Positions 8,705-17,451 of a stretch of 32,820 bases of DNA are shown here, one piece after another; within the stretch, counting starts at the first letter, position 1, and the number at the start of each line of letters is the position of its first letter. The stretch covers positions 1 through 32,820 of the forward strand of contig JBHLNT010000033.1 in the NCBI GenBank assembly GCA_048941265.1. The letters are read 5' to 3'. The notes below the pieces were generated by a model. The model was not told the DNA's origin. It searched no databases and saw only the letters and a list, made by a program, of their open reading frames with translations. Made by a program: the position numbers and the translations under genes. Origin of the DNA: Promethearchaeota archaeon. GTDB taxonomy: Archaea > Asgardarchaeota > Lokiarchaeia > Sigyniarchaeales > SOKP01.

Positions 8705-8974
8705 TTATTCGATATGTTTTAAAACGTGTATTTCCAAGCCTGCTAAATTTTCAGGTGTTTTTGTGTATTTTCTTAAAATACTTATTATATTTTTGTTTAA
8801 TTCATAATGTTCAGAGGGACAAGAAGTTTTTTTTAAAAATTCTTCTCCCCGACGAATGGTTGCCGTATTCTCTGTTATTTTTATCAATTCTGTTGCGATA
8901 ATCCCATTTATATAAAGCAATTCAGAAAGTTTATCAGAAATTTCTTCTAATAATAATAATTGTTCCCTTGTCAT
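8705..8974 (-). CDS. Hypothetical protein, 89 aa
   Basis: ATG-initiated ORF in an operon-like arrangement 18 bp upstream of the NifU-like gene; no recognised motif. Confidence 0.7.
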   Translation of the reverse strand: MTREQLLLLEEISDKLSELLYINGIIATELIKITENTATIRRGEEFLKKTSCPSEHYELNKNIISILRKYTKTPENLAGLEIHVLKHIE

Positions 8975-9133
8975 AATTTAATCAAATTTTATTAATTTTA
9001 ATACGTTTCCATTATTTTAAATTTCAAAGAGATAAAATAACCTTGCTATTACCTATATAAACTTGTAAAAAATGCCAAATTTAAATAGATCATTAGTGAT
9101 GCCTTATAATTTTAAAAATTCTTTTATTTTTAT

Positions 9134-10942
9134 TTAAATAGCATCATTTACACATAGATATAGAAAACGTTCCATATAATAGAGGAAAACCATATTATAA
9201 TATCCATTAAAATATATATCAGCAGCATGTCCTCCTAAAGGTGCCCATAATATCGCACATTTTTGATTTTTTTTTTCCGTATAGGCATCCTTAAAGTCTT
9301 GAGCGATACTAGGATTGGTTAAACCGTCATTCGATCCTTGGAAAATTAGGCAGGGGGGACTATCCTTTTCTACAAGTTTAGCAGGATCTATGAATTTCTT
9401 TTTTCCATCAAGATTCGAAAGTTCAGGTAGTCTATTGCCCGGATAATATGGTATGAATCCTTTAACTTTTCCTGTAACATTTGATGGAAAAATATCCTCA
9501 TAATCTCCGCTCTGTATTGCGAGAGCAGATACACAAGCCAAATGACCTCCTGCTGATCCTCCACTAATAAATATTTTGTTAATATTAGCATTATATTCCT
9601 TGTAATGATTGATCAAGTATTCTATGAAAATCCCTATATGTTTTACCATATCTGTTATGTTGAAATCTCCTTTTACATGTTCGGGTGTATCTAAAAAAAA
9701 TCTCGGATTTGTTCTTCGTCCTGAATCAAATAATCCATATTCAATATCAAATACTACATAACCTTGGGCAGCAAAATATTTATTAAATTCAATACGATAA
9801 CCTCCCTTATCTCCAGATACCCATCCACCGCCGTGAATCCAAATCAAAACACTATGATCTCCCGGTAAATCATCGTTATCTTCTCTAGGCATATAAGCAT
9901 CAAATTTTAGCTTAAAATCTCCGTCTCTATAGAAAGTAATATCTTTCTCTATCTTACATGATTTTGGTTGCGATCCGAAAAAATAGTATGGGATGGAAAA
10001 AGGAGTTTTTAAAAAATATTTCTCTTCTATACTTTTAGGAATATTTTTTCTCCAATTCTCCCCAAATGCGTTCGTAAAGTTTTGTTCCGCAGTGTATACA
10101 TAATATGGGGTTAAACATAAAGGTAACATAAATATAATTGCAAGAATAACGCCAGTCATTCCTATTGAATAATATCGCTTAGGATTTTTTCTTTTATCTA
10201 TTACTTTTAAATTTAAAATTGCCGCTGAAAGAAATACAAAAGCATACGCTAATCCAAAAATTGCTATAAACATTCCAATTACTCCGATAACCCAATTAAG
10301 TGCAATAACATATAACATTCTGTCATTATAATATTCGGGAGGTTGGAGACCAATCACCGACCCTAAAATCATAATAAATGCAAATAAAATTCCCGTTGCT
10401 ATGCTAATATAACAGAATAAAGCAATTAACTTTTTTAATAACTTCTTTAAAATTAAAATCTTTTTAGATCTATTGGTTAAAATTTGAATTTTTACTTGAT
10501 TCATGCTTAAATTTTTAATATTTAATACCGACACTAGTACTCCAAGTGATAATAGGCCATAGATAGCTGTATAAATCCATCCATACCACCTTCCTAAATC
10601 ATTGATGTTATTTGAGTAGGTTGCGGTAATTTGATTATTAGCCCTTATGATTATATACATTGCTAAAATTGAGAATAACAAATAAAAATAGCTTAATAAA
10701 TTAATTATATTTCCTATTTTCGTTTTTCTATTAATATTTCGCGAGCTCATATGAACTAATAATAAATTAGCAAACCAAGTTGAAAGTAGAATAAATCCAA
10801 ATATATCCCATAAAATGTTATAACTTTGTACGATTAAAAAAGGAATACTAAATGCAATACTTGATATATTTAGTAAAAGTACTGTGAAACTTACCCTTTT
10901 AGGTGTTAAAACAAAATTTAACTGATTTAAGATTTTTTTCAT
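9134..10942 (-). CDS. Membrane-anchored HSL-family esterase/lipase (about 7 N-terminal TM helices plus alpha/beta hydrolase)
   Basis: Hydrophobic N-terminal half; WIHGGGW oxyanion motif, GGSAGGHL nucleophile, QGSNDG and GGHAAD. Confidence 0.88.
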   Translation of the reverse strand: MKKILNQLNFVLTPKRVSFTVLLLNISSIAFSIPFLIVQSYNILWDIFGFILLSTWFANLLLVHMSSRNINRKTKIGNIINLLSYFYLLFSILAMYIIIRANNQITATYSNNINDLGRWYGWIYTAIYGLLSLGVLVSVLNIKNLSMNQVKIQILTNRSKKILILKKLLKKLIALFCYISIATGILFAFIMILGSVIGLQPPEYYNDRMLYVIALNWVIGVIGMFIAIFGLAYAFVFLSAAILNLKVIDKRKNPKRYYSIGMTGVILAIIFMLPLCLTPYYVYTAEQNFTNAFGENWRKNIPKSIEEKYFLKTPFSIPYYFFGSQPKSCKIEKDITFYRDGDFKLKFDAYMPREDNDDLPGDHSVLIWIHGGGWVSGDKGGYRIEFNKYFAAQGYVVFDIEYGLFDSGRRTNPRFFLDTPEHVKGDFNITDMVKHIGIFIEYLINHYKEYNANINKIFISGGSAGGHLACVSALAIQSGDYEDIFPSNVTGKVKGFIPYYPGNRLPELSNLDGKKKFIDPAKLVEKDSPPCLIFQGSNDGLTNPSIAQDFKDAYTEKKNQKCAILWAPLGGHAADIYFNGYYNMVFLYYMERFLYLCVNDAI

Positions 10943-11132
10943 TATTTTTTTATGGCTATATTATCATTTTTCGGTTGATTGAGATAATAAATATTATATA
11001 TGTAATTTTCTTAAAGATTTTTTATTTTTAGAATTTTTTATATCTTTAGAGTCATGAAATTGTTTTTTAAAAAAATAAACAAACTTATGAAAAAATATTA
11101 TAGAATGTAGAAATAAATGAATTTCTTTCAAG

Positions 11133-11633
11133 ATGGATTTTAAGGACTTTCGAGAAGGTTTACTCTCTTTAGCTTTATTAATATTTATATTTTCACTCAC
11201 ATTTATGATTGGATCAATTCTTCTGAGACCTTATATCAATTTAGAAATTGAAGATCAAAATTTTATAATAATTTTAAATGCGATTAACATAATCTTTAGT
11301 GTGTATTACTTTTTTGAAGCTTTAAGTTTAGAAAAAATCTTTAAATTAGAAGATAAACACATAATCAAATTTGGCAAAAGAATAGGGATCATTACTTTAT
11401 TTTATATGTTCCATTTTTTTTTAATGGGCTCATTGTTATTTCGAGAACTTCATAGTCTGCAGAATATGATGATTATTTCAATTATGCTATTGGAATTAAG
11501 TCTTCTTGCAGTGGTTTTGAAAGAAGTCTACGATTTAGTATTTTTAGAAGATTCTCAAAGGAAACTTGAATTAGACAAAAATCGTAGGATGTATATAAAA
11601 AGAGAGAGACTCCATCCTAAACAATCGGATTAG
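11133..11633 (+). CDS. Hypothetical 4-TM membrane protein
   Basis: Four hydrophobic segments and a charged C-terminal tail. Confidence 0.75.
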   Translation: MDFKDFREGLLSLALLIFIFSLTFMIGSILLRPYINLEIEDQNFIIILNAINIIFSVYYFFEALSLEKIFKLEDKHIIKFGKRIGIITLFYMFHFFLMGSLLFRELHSLQNMMIISIMLLELSLLAVVLKEVYDLVFLEDSQRKLELDKNRRMYIKRERLHPKQSD

Positions 11634-11635
11634 AG

Positions 11636-12871
11636 CTATGATTTTGATAATTTTTCGATAGCAGTATCAATCATTTCTAGTTTTGTGGAATATTTTTCCA
11701 TAAGATTTGCAAATTTCTCAAGATCGATCTCCTTATTTTCCTTTAAAACCTTCAGCTCATTAATCGTTCTTATTATACCTGCTTTTTTGTCGAGAAGCTT
11801 TTCCTTTTTGCTATAGGGGATTTTCTTGTCTAATTTCTTCCGTTGAAAGTTCTTGAATCGTTTAATATTCAGATCTTTTGGGATGAATTTAGTCAGATAG
11901 ACGGTACTCTTAGGTACAAATGGTGCCAAGTTTTCAGGTATAATAATTATTGGCTCAGGATCCTGAATCTTTTTTATTTCCTCGTAATCCAAAACATCCT
12001 CGTTAATTTCTTTAATATTTTCGTTTACAACAGAAATATTATTTTCGATACTTTCCTTTTCTTCTATATCAAGGTCTTTTAAATTGTCGAGCATACCTTC
12101 CCAAATATCTCTACCTTTCATATAGTAAAACTGAGCTTTTTGTTTTAATTTTTTTACTTTATCCTGATTAATAGATGCTATGGAGGATTCTAATGAAGCT
12201 ATAGCCTTTAAATGACATGCTCTGCCCATATCATAATGAAATTGAGCTCTAATCTTTTGACGTTTCTTTTCTCCATGCTTTCTAAGGTAGAAAATTCTTT
12301 TTGAAAGAAGAGAAAGGCCCGAATATAATTTTGAAGCAAAATATATATTATTCTTATGCTCTTCCCATGTTGCTGCTATACTCTGTGCCCAAACTCTTCC
12401 CTCCTCTGAATTTAATTCTAATTCTTCAGAAGCTAATACAGTACCCTTGTCATTTTGATAGACTGTAGCGGCACTAAAATAAGCAGCTGTTTTATAAATT
12501 TTACTACATTCAACCATAGCGATAATGGAGTCTTCCCAATCTTCTTCTTCTTCATAATTTTCTGAAAGATGATAGTATGCTCTTGCTAAAACCCATAATG
12601 CCCGAGCACATTCAAACATAAGGTCACTGATATCAATTTCTCTATTTTCTATATGATCATAAAAAGAGGGTGTGATATCCAATTCCTTTAGGATTTTTTT
12701 ATGACTCTCGTTTTTATAATTTATGTTTAGAATCATAGTATATTCTAATACTAGATTAAGGTCATCTAAAGAGTAATCCTCTTCTTCTTTTTCTAAAGCT
12801 TCTTCGACTTTTTTAATTGAGTAATGAAGGAATCTAATTCTCTGCATTACCTCATCAGCAAAAAACGACAT
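11636..12871 (-). CDS. Helical-repeat protein, putative BRO1-like domain plus C-terminal steadiness-box-like helical hairpin
   Basis: SDLMFECARALWVLARAYYHLS, SKIYKTAAYF, LASEELEL...WAQ and ASKL occur in BRO1 order. The tail GIIRTINEL...EIDLEKF...STK resembles the TSG101/Vps23 SB. The CDS itself is secure; the domain call is by eye. Confidence 0.6.
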   Translation of the reverse strand: MSFFADEVMQRIRFLHYSIKKVEEALEKEEEDYSLDDLNLVLEYTMILNINYKNESHKKILKELDITPSFYDHIENREIDISDLMFECARALWVLARAYYHLSENYEEEEDWEDSIIAMVECSKIYKTAAYFSAATVYQNDKGTVLASEELELNSEEGRVWAQSIAATWEEHKNNIYFASKLYSGLSLLSKRIFYLRKHGEKKRQKIRAQFHYDMGRACHLKAIASLESSIASINQDKVKKLKQKAQFYYMKGRDIWEGMLDNLKDLDIEEKESIENNISVVNENIKEINEDVLDYEEIKKIQDPEPIIIIPENLAPFVPKSTVYLTKFIPKDLNIKRFKNFQRKKLDKKIPYSKKEKLLDKKAGIIRTINELKVLKENKEIDLEKFANLMEKYSTKLEMIDTAIEKLSKS

Positions 12872-13005
12872 AAAATCAACACTTTTTTTTATTAAATTTG
12901 AGTTAGTAACTGTAATAAAAAATGGTTTTAAAATCTTTAGAAGTTTTATTTTTTTTAGTTTTCAAATAACCTATAAATATTCTTTTATAAAAGTATTTAT
13001 TAAAC

Positions 13006-14325
13006 ATGAGTGAAAATAGGATTTTTATTTTTGAATTTGTCTCTGGTGGTGGTTTTAATCAGGTTGAAATTCCCTCTTCGCTCTTTTGCGAAGGATATAG
13101 TATGTTAAGAACGATTATAGCAGATTTTAAAGCAATGGATTTTGAAATTACCACCCTATTAGATGAGAGAATAAACTTCTTAATACCCTATTTAGAAGCT
13201 GATTCTTTACAATGTATAAAAAATGATGATAATTATATTACTATATTTAAAAAAGTATTAAGAGATTGTGATTATGCTTTTATTATTGCGCCTGAATTTA
13301 CAGATATATTATATGATTTGACGAAAATAGTACAAGAAGAAAAAAAAAAGCTTCTGAGTATATGTTTAAAAGGAATTGAGTTAGGATCGTCAAAAATTAA
13401 AACTTATGATTTTTTTAGAAAAATTAATATTAAAACTCCAAAAACTTATCAAATTCCATTAAAAAATGGTTTGGATGTGGACTTTATTACTCAAAAACTT
13501 AAAGAATTTAAATCTCCAATAGTTATAAAGCCATTTGATGGTGTTGGAGCTGAGTCCATATATCATTTCGAAAAAAAAAATCAAATTTACAATTTTTTTA
13601 ATGATTCAAAAGCCAATAATATTGATCTGAATAGAAAATTTATCGTTCAAGAATATATTAAAGGAGAAGATTTAAGTGTTTCATTAGTAGGAATCCCATT
13701 CAAAACTAAGCAAGCTTACATTCCTCCTAAAATTTTAAGTATAAATTATCAAGATATTAATATTAAGAATTCAAGAGGAGATTCGGAATATTTTGGTGGA
13801 TCCACTCCAATAGAAAATTATACGCATATGATAAAGAATATAATAAAAGTTCTTGAGACACTAGATCTATCAATGTTCAATAGCTTTTTTGGAATAGATT
13901 TTATAAAAAATCAGAATTCTCTGGCATTTATTGAAATAAACCCAAGATTGACGACCTCCTATATCGGAATTAGGAATATTTTAAAGTTTAATCCTGTTGA
14001 GTTACTTTTCAATAATTACTCTAATTCTATGGATTATATGAATTATGAGTTTCAACATCATTCTATTTTTAAAAGGTTAGAATTAGAATACATGGGAGAT
14101 AAGACGATTAATGAAATTATAGATCAAATAGTTCCTAAATTGTTAATTGACATACCTGAATTTATTACGCCTCCTATTTCATTTAAAAAATCAAATAAAA
14201 GTAATAAAATCCATTTTTCTAGCTTTATAGCTACGAAAGAGAAAGATAGTAACTCCTCTCGAAAGCGATTAGCTAAAATTAATGATATTCTCAAAAAAAA
14301 ATTTGAGTTCAGAGTAATTAAATAG
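13006..14325 (+). CDS. ATP-grasp ligase, MfnD (tyramine-L-glutamate ligase)-like
   Basis: FIFEFVSGGG, EGYSML, IIAPE, IKPFDGVG, QEYIKG and EINPRLTTSYIG. Confidence 0.78.
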   Translation: MSENRIFIFEFVSGGGFNQVEIPSSLFCEGYSMLRTIIADFKAMDFEITTLLDERINFLIPYLEADSLQCIKNDDNYITIFKKVLRDCDYAFIIAPEFTDILYDLTKIVQEEKKKLLSICLKGIELGSSKIKTYDFFRKINIKTPKTYQIPLKNGLDVDFITQKLKEFKSPIVIKPFDGVGAESIYHFEKKNQIYNFFNDSKANNIDLNRKFIVQEYIKGEDLSVSLVGIPFKTKQAYIPPKILSINYQDINIKNSRGDSEYFGGSTPIENYTHMIKNIIKVLETLDLSMFNSFFGIDFIKNQNSLAFIEINPRLTTSYIGIRNILKFNPVELLFNNYSNSMDYMNYEFQHHSIFKRLELEYMGDKTINEIIDQIVPKLLIDIPEFITPPISFKKSNKSNKIHFSSFIATKEKDSNSSRKRLAKINDILKKKFEFRVIK

Positions 14326-15217
14326 ATAAGAACAAAACGATAGTAAAGCTACCATAATGAAGCAGCAGGGCGATAATTAACCCTCTTTCAATTTTCAAAC
14401 CTTTACTTTCTTTTAAATTATAAGTTAAGAGCCATAATGATAAAATTTGAAAAAAAATCAACAATACTGTATCTATAAAATTAATAATAGCTATTTGAAT
14501 CAATTCTGTAGATAGCAAAATAAAATGAATTAATAAATATATTACCATTGGATATAAAATAATAGGAAAAGAAAGAAAGAAGTTAAGGGTATTTTCCTTT
14601 TTTCTATAGAATAGTCGACAAGAAATTTCTACAAGTAGAAAATATACAAAAAAGTTTATTATAAACATGACGGCAAAAATTACATGAGAAATAAGCGATA
14701 ATTGATAAATGTCTTCTGGAGTCTTTATAAAAAACAACAAAAATGAATAAAATCCATTTAAACCGCATAATATTGTACCCAATATTAATATTACGATTGA
14801 GATGATTACATTATATGGTTTATCCTTTTCCTCAAATGAAATAAACTTTATAGGTGTTAATGCAAATAAGAATTTTAAAAGAGGAGAGTTATATTCTCCT
14901 TTAGAAAATTTTGATGATTCCATTATTTCTATATTTTCCTTTAGAGAATTATATGCATGAAGTCCTAAATCTGTAAGATAATATTTCTTGTTTTTTCCTT
15001 GTACGATTAGTTGAGATAAAGAGTCTAGATGGTGGTATATTGTACCAGTACTCACTTTTAACGTTTTTTTTAGGTGGGTAAAAGAGGAAAATTCATTATC
15101 TCCGATAATTTGGATAATCTTTCTGCGAATTTCATGGCTTAACGCATAATAAAAACTAGATTCAACATCATGACTATTATCTGCTTCTGACGTTTTTTCC
15201 TTATTGAACTTATTAAT
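14318..15217 (-). CDS. ArsR-type winged-helix protein fused to a multi-TM domain; N-terminus extends beyond the ORF-track start, probable ATT start
   Basis: The frame stays open upstream of GTG 15055 and gives FYYALSHEIRRKIIQIIGDNEFSSFTHLKKTLKVSTGTIYHHL, a complete wHTH. The bounding stop is at 15224-15226 and GGAAGGT lies just upstream. Confidence 0.78.
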   Translation of the reverse strand: MNKFNKEKTSEADNSHDVESSFYYALSHEIRRKIIQIIGDNEFSSFTHLKKTLKVSTGTIYHHLDSLSQLIVQGKNKKYYLTDLGLHAYNSLKENIEIMESSKFSKGEYNSPLLKFLFALTPIKFISFEEKDKPYNVIISIVILILGTILCGLNGFYSFLLFFIKTPEDIYQLSLISHVIFAVMFIINFFVYFLLVEISCRLFYRKKENTLNFFLSFPIILYPMVIYLLIHFILLSTELIQIAIINFIDTVLLIFFQILSLWLLTYNLKESKGLKIERGLIIALLLHYGSFTIVLFLSI

Positions 15218-15236
15218 AGTTAATTACCTTCCTTAA

Positions 15237-15662
15237 CTATTCTTTTGCTATTAATATTAAAATGATATTTACAATCATTATCATAAATCCCGCAATACAC
15301 AAATAAAATCCTATTCCCGCTTTTGAAAGATACAATAATTCCCCTGGTATAAAATCCACTAAAAAAAGGCTAAGAAACCCTAAACCAATAAGAGTAATAA
15401 TCACTGAATTGATTTTGTATTCTAGATTAGATAAAACTAAAAGACTTGCTATTAAGCAAATGACACCACTGATGATTGGAAATAAAAATATAAATGATTC
15501 CTCTACTGCTGTATTTGTATATAAAATATATACATCAAATAAAGAATATTCGGAAAACCATGGTAAAAACTCGGAAACGATTAATAATATAGATCCAACT
15601 AAGCCTACTAATCTGAAATCAAGAAAATTCAATGATTTCTCTTTATAATTTATTGGAGTCAT
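15237..15662 (-). CDS. Hypothetical 4-TM membrane protein
   Basis: Four hydrophobic helices with FLPWF and GIGFYL motifs; co-oriented with the wHTH-membrane gene. Confidence 0.75.
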   Translation of the reverse strand: MTPINYKEKSLNFLDFRLVGLVGSILLIVSEFLPWFSEYSLFDVYILYTNTAVEESFIFLFPIISGVICLIASLLVLSNLEYKINSVIITLIGLGFLSLFLVDFIPGELLYLSKAGIGFYLCIAGFMIMIVNIILILIAKE

Positions 15663-15836
15663 GTTTTTGCTATTTTTGTAAAATTCTAATAATCTAAAAT
15701 ATATATATTAGTGAACATCTAATTAATATTAATTGTGACTAATTGAAATTTTAAATCAATCAATTATAAAATAAATTTAGTAAATATTAATTTTTTTTAA
15801 AACTAAATAAAGCAAAACGATTTATTATTAATATAA

Positions 15837-17273
15837 ATGTCATCAGAAAATATAATAGAAAAGGAAACCGATCCAGAAGATCTCATTAGTTATTTAAAAG
15901 AAGAGATCCCCCTCGAAGATATGCGGGATTATGCTAGCCCTCAAAGGATTGAATCCATCGATTTCGTGAAAGGATTTGCCATGATCTTTATAATTATATG
16001 CCATTCTACACTTTTTTGGTTCGATAAGGATTGGATTTTTCTAAATGGGATGGTTTATTCCGTGCTTGATATTTTAGGTCCGTCGCTCTTCGTGTTTCTT
16101 TCCGCATTAAGTGTTATATTTAGCATTAGGCGAAAAAAGGGAAAATTACCGGAAAAGGTTATTCGAGCTCGTATTTTTTCACGAGGAATTTCCATTATGG
16201 CTATAGGAGTATTATTTAACATCGTCGGTTTAAGCGTTGTACGCCCTGATATCCCATTTCCTATGAATCTTTGGGGATGGAATATCTTAATGTTCATAGG
16301 CTTTTCTCAAATAGCATCGTATTATGCACTTAAATTAAAGAAATTGCTCCGAGCGTTAATTGGCGTAGCAATTATTTTGATCTCGCCATCGTTACGAATG
16401 TATCTATATGTTGAACAAAACTCAAGTCTATTAATATTTATTTTACACTTTATCATTACTTCACCAACTCCAGAATTAACTCTTCTACCATGGTTAGCGA
16501 TATGTTTTATTTCAACCATATTCGGTGAAATTCTTTATGAAACGATGATCAAGGGAACCGAAGAAGCATATTGGCATCTATTTCAACAGTTTATGCTATG
16601 GGGGGTCATTCTTTTAGTTATTGGATTAATAACAGGTTGGCAATTATATACTCCTAAAACATTACCAGAATCAGAGTATCCACACTTAAGATTATATACA
16701 ATTATGAATCAACAAGATTATTATAAATTCCCCGGAATGCCTGCATTCTTAATAAGGGGTACAATCGGAAATATGTTCTATAATATGGGTGCTGCTTTAA
16801 TAATTATTGCTATCTGTTTTTATCTCATTGACATCAAAAAGAAGGACAACCAATTCACTAGTATGGTAATATATTACGGAAAAGTTTCATTGAGTCTTTT
16901 TTTAATCCACTTTATATTTCTTCCGATTTTCGTAGGGCAATTTAGTATCATATACATGCCTTTCATCGTTGTGGCCTATATTGGATTTCTTGGATTTTTA
17001 ATGTATATCTGGAACGAATATGGGAATGGATTCGGGTCACCTGAGTGGTTCATGATACAAATCGGAAGAGTTGGACAAAAAACTGGAGAGAAAGTAAAAG
17101 AAGAAGTTGTAAAGACTGAAGAATTTATTACAAAAGAGATTAAAAAAACTGAAGTATTTATAACTAAAGAAATAAAAAAAACAGAAGATTTTATTACAAA
17201 GGAAACTAAAAAGATAAAGGAAAAAACTAAAGAGCTTAGAAAAAAAGACCAACAACAACAAAATGAAGGATAA
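15837..17273 (+). CDS. HGSNAT/DUF1624-like multi-pass membrane acyltransferase-family protein with a repetitive C-tail
   Basis: RIESIDFVKGFAMIFIIICH, FVFLSALS, LLPW and YYGKVSLSLFLIH; about 10-11 TM segments. Confidence 0.75.
   Translation: MSSENIIEKETDPEDLISYLKEEIPLEDMRDYASPQRIESIDFVKGFAMIFIIICHSTLFWFDKDWIFLNGMVYSVLDILGPSLFVFLSALSVIFSIRRKKGKLPEKVIRARIFSRGISIMAIGVLFNIVGLSVVRPDIPFPMNLWGWNILMFIGFSQIASYYALKLKKLLRALIGVAIILISPSLRMYLYVEQNSSLLIFILHFIITSPTPELTLLPWLAICFISTIFGEILYETMIKGTEEAYWHLFQQFMLWGVILLVIGLITGWQLYTPKTLPESEYPHLRLYTIMNQQDYYKFPGMPAFLIRGTIGNMFYNMGAALIIIAICFYLIDIKKKDNQFTSMVIYYGKVSLSLFLIHFIFLPIFVGQFSIIYMPFIVVAYIGFLGFLMYIWNEYGNGFGSPEWFMIQIGRVGQKTGEKVKEEVVKTEEFITKEIKKTEVFITKEIKKTEDFITKETKKIKEKTKELRKKDQQQQNEG
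17112..17210 (+). repeat. Three 33-bp imperfect tandem repeats in coding sequence (11-aa unit KTExFITKEIK)
   Basis: aagactgaagaatttattacaaaagagattaaa / aaaactgaagtatttataactaaagaaataaaa / aaaacagaagattttattacaaaggaaactaaa. Confidence 0.9.
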
Positions 17274-17451
17274 TACACAAACCATTATTATTAATTTTAG
17301 CAAAGTAGAATAAATTTTTTGAATAACTTTATTTTTTTAAATAACCTTTAAAATAATTTCTAGCCAATTATTATATAGAATGAAATAGATCAAATATTAA
17401 AAGAAAAAGAAAATCAATATCAATTTGAAATAAATTAATGAGGTTTTCACG

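Noticed and set aside
17112-17210. 33-bp repeats as a possible CRISPR array
   Set aside because: They are directly tandem with no spacers, in frame within a CDS, and no cas genes are present.
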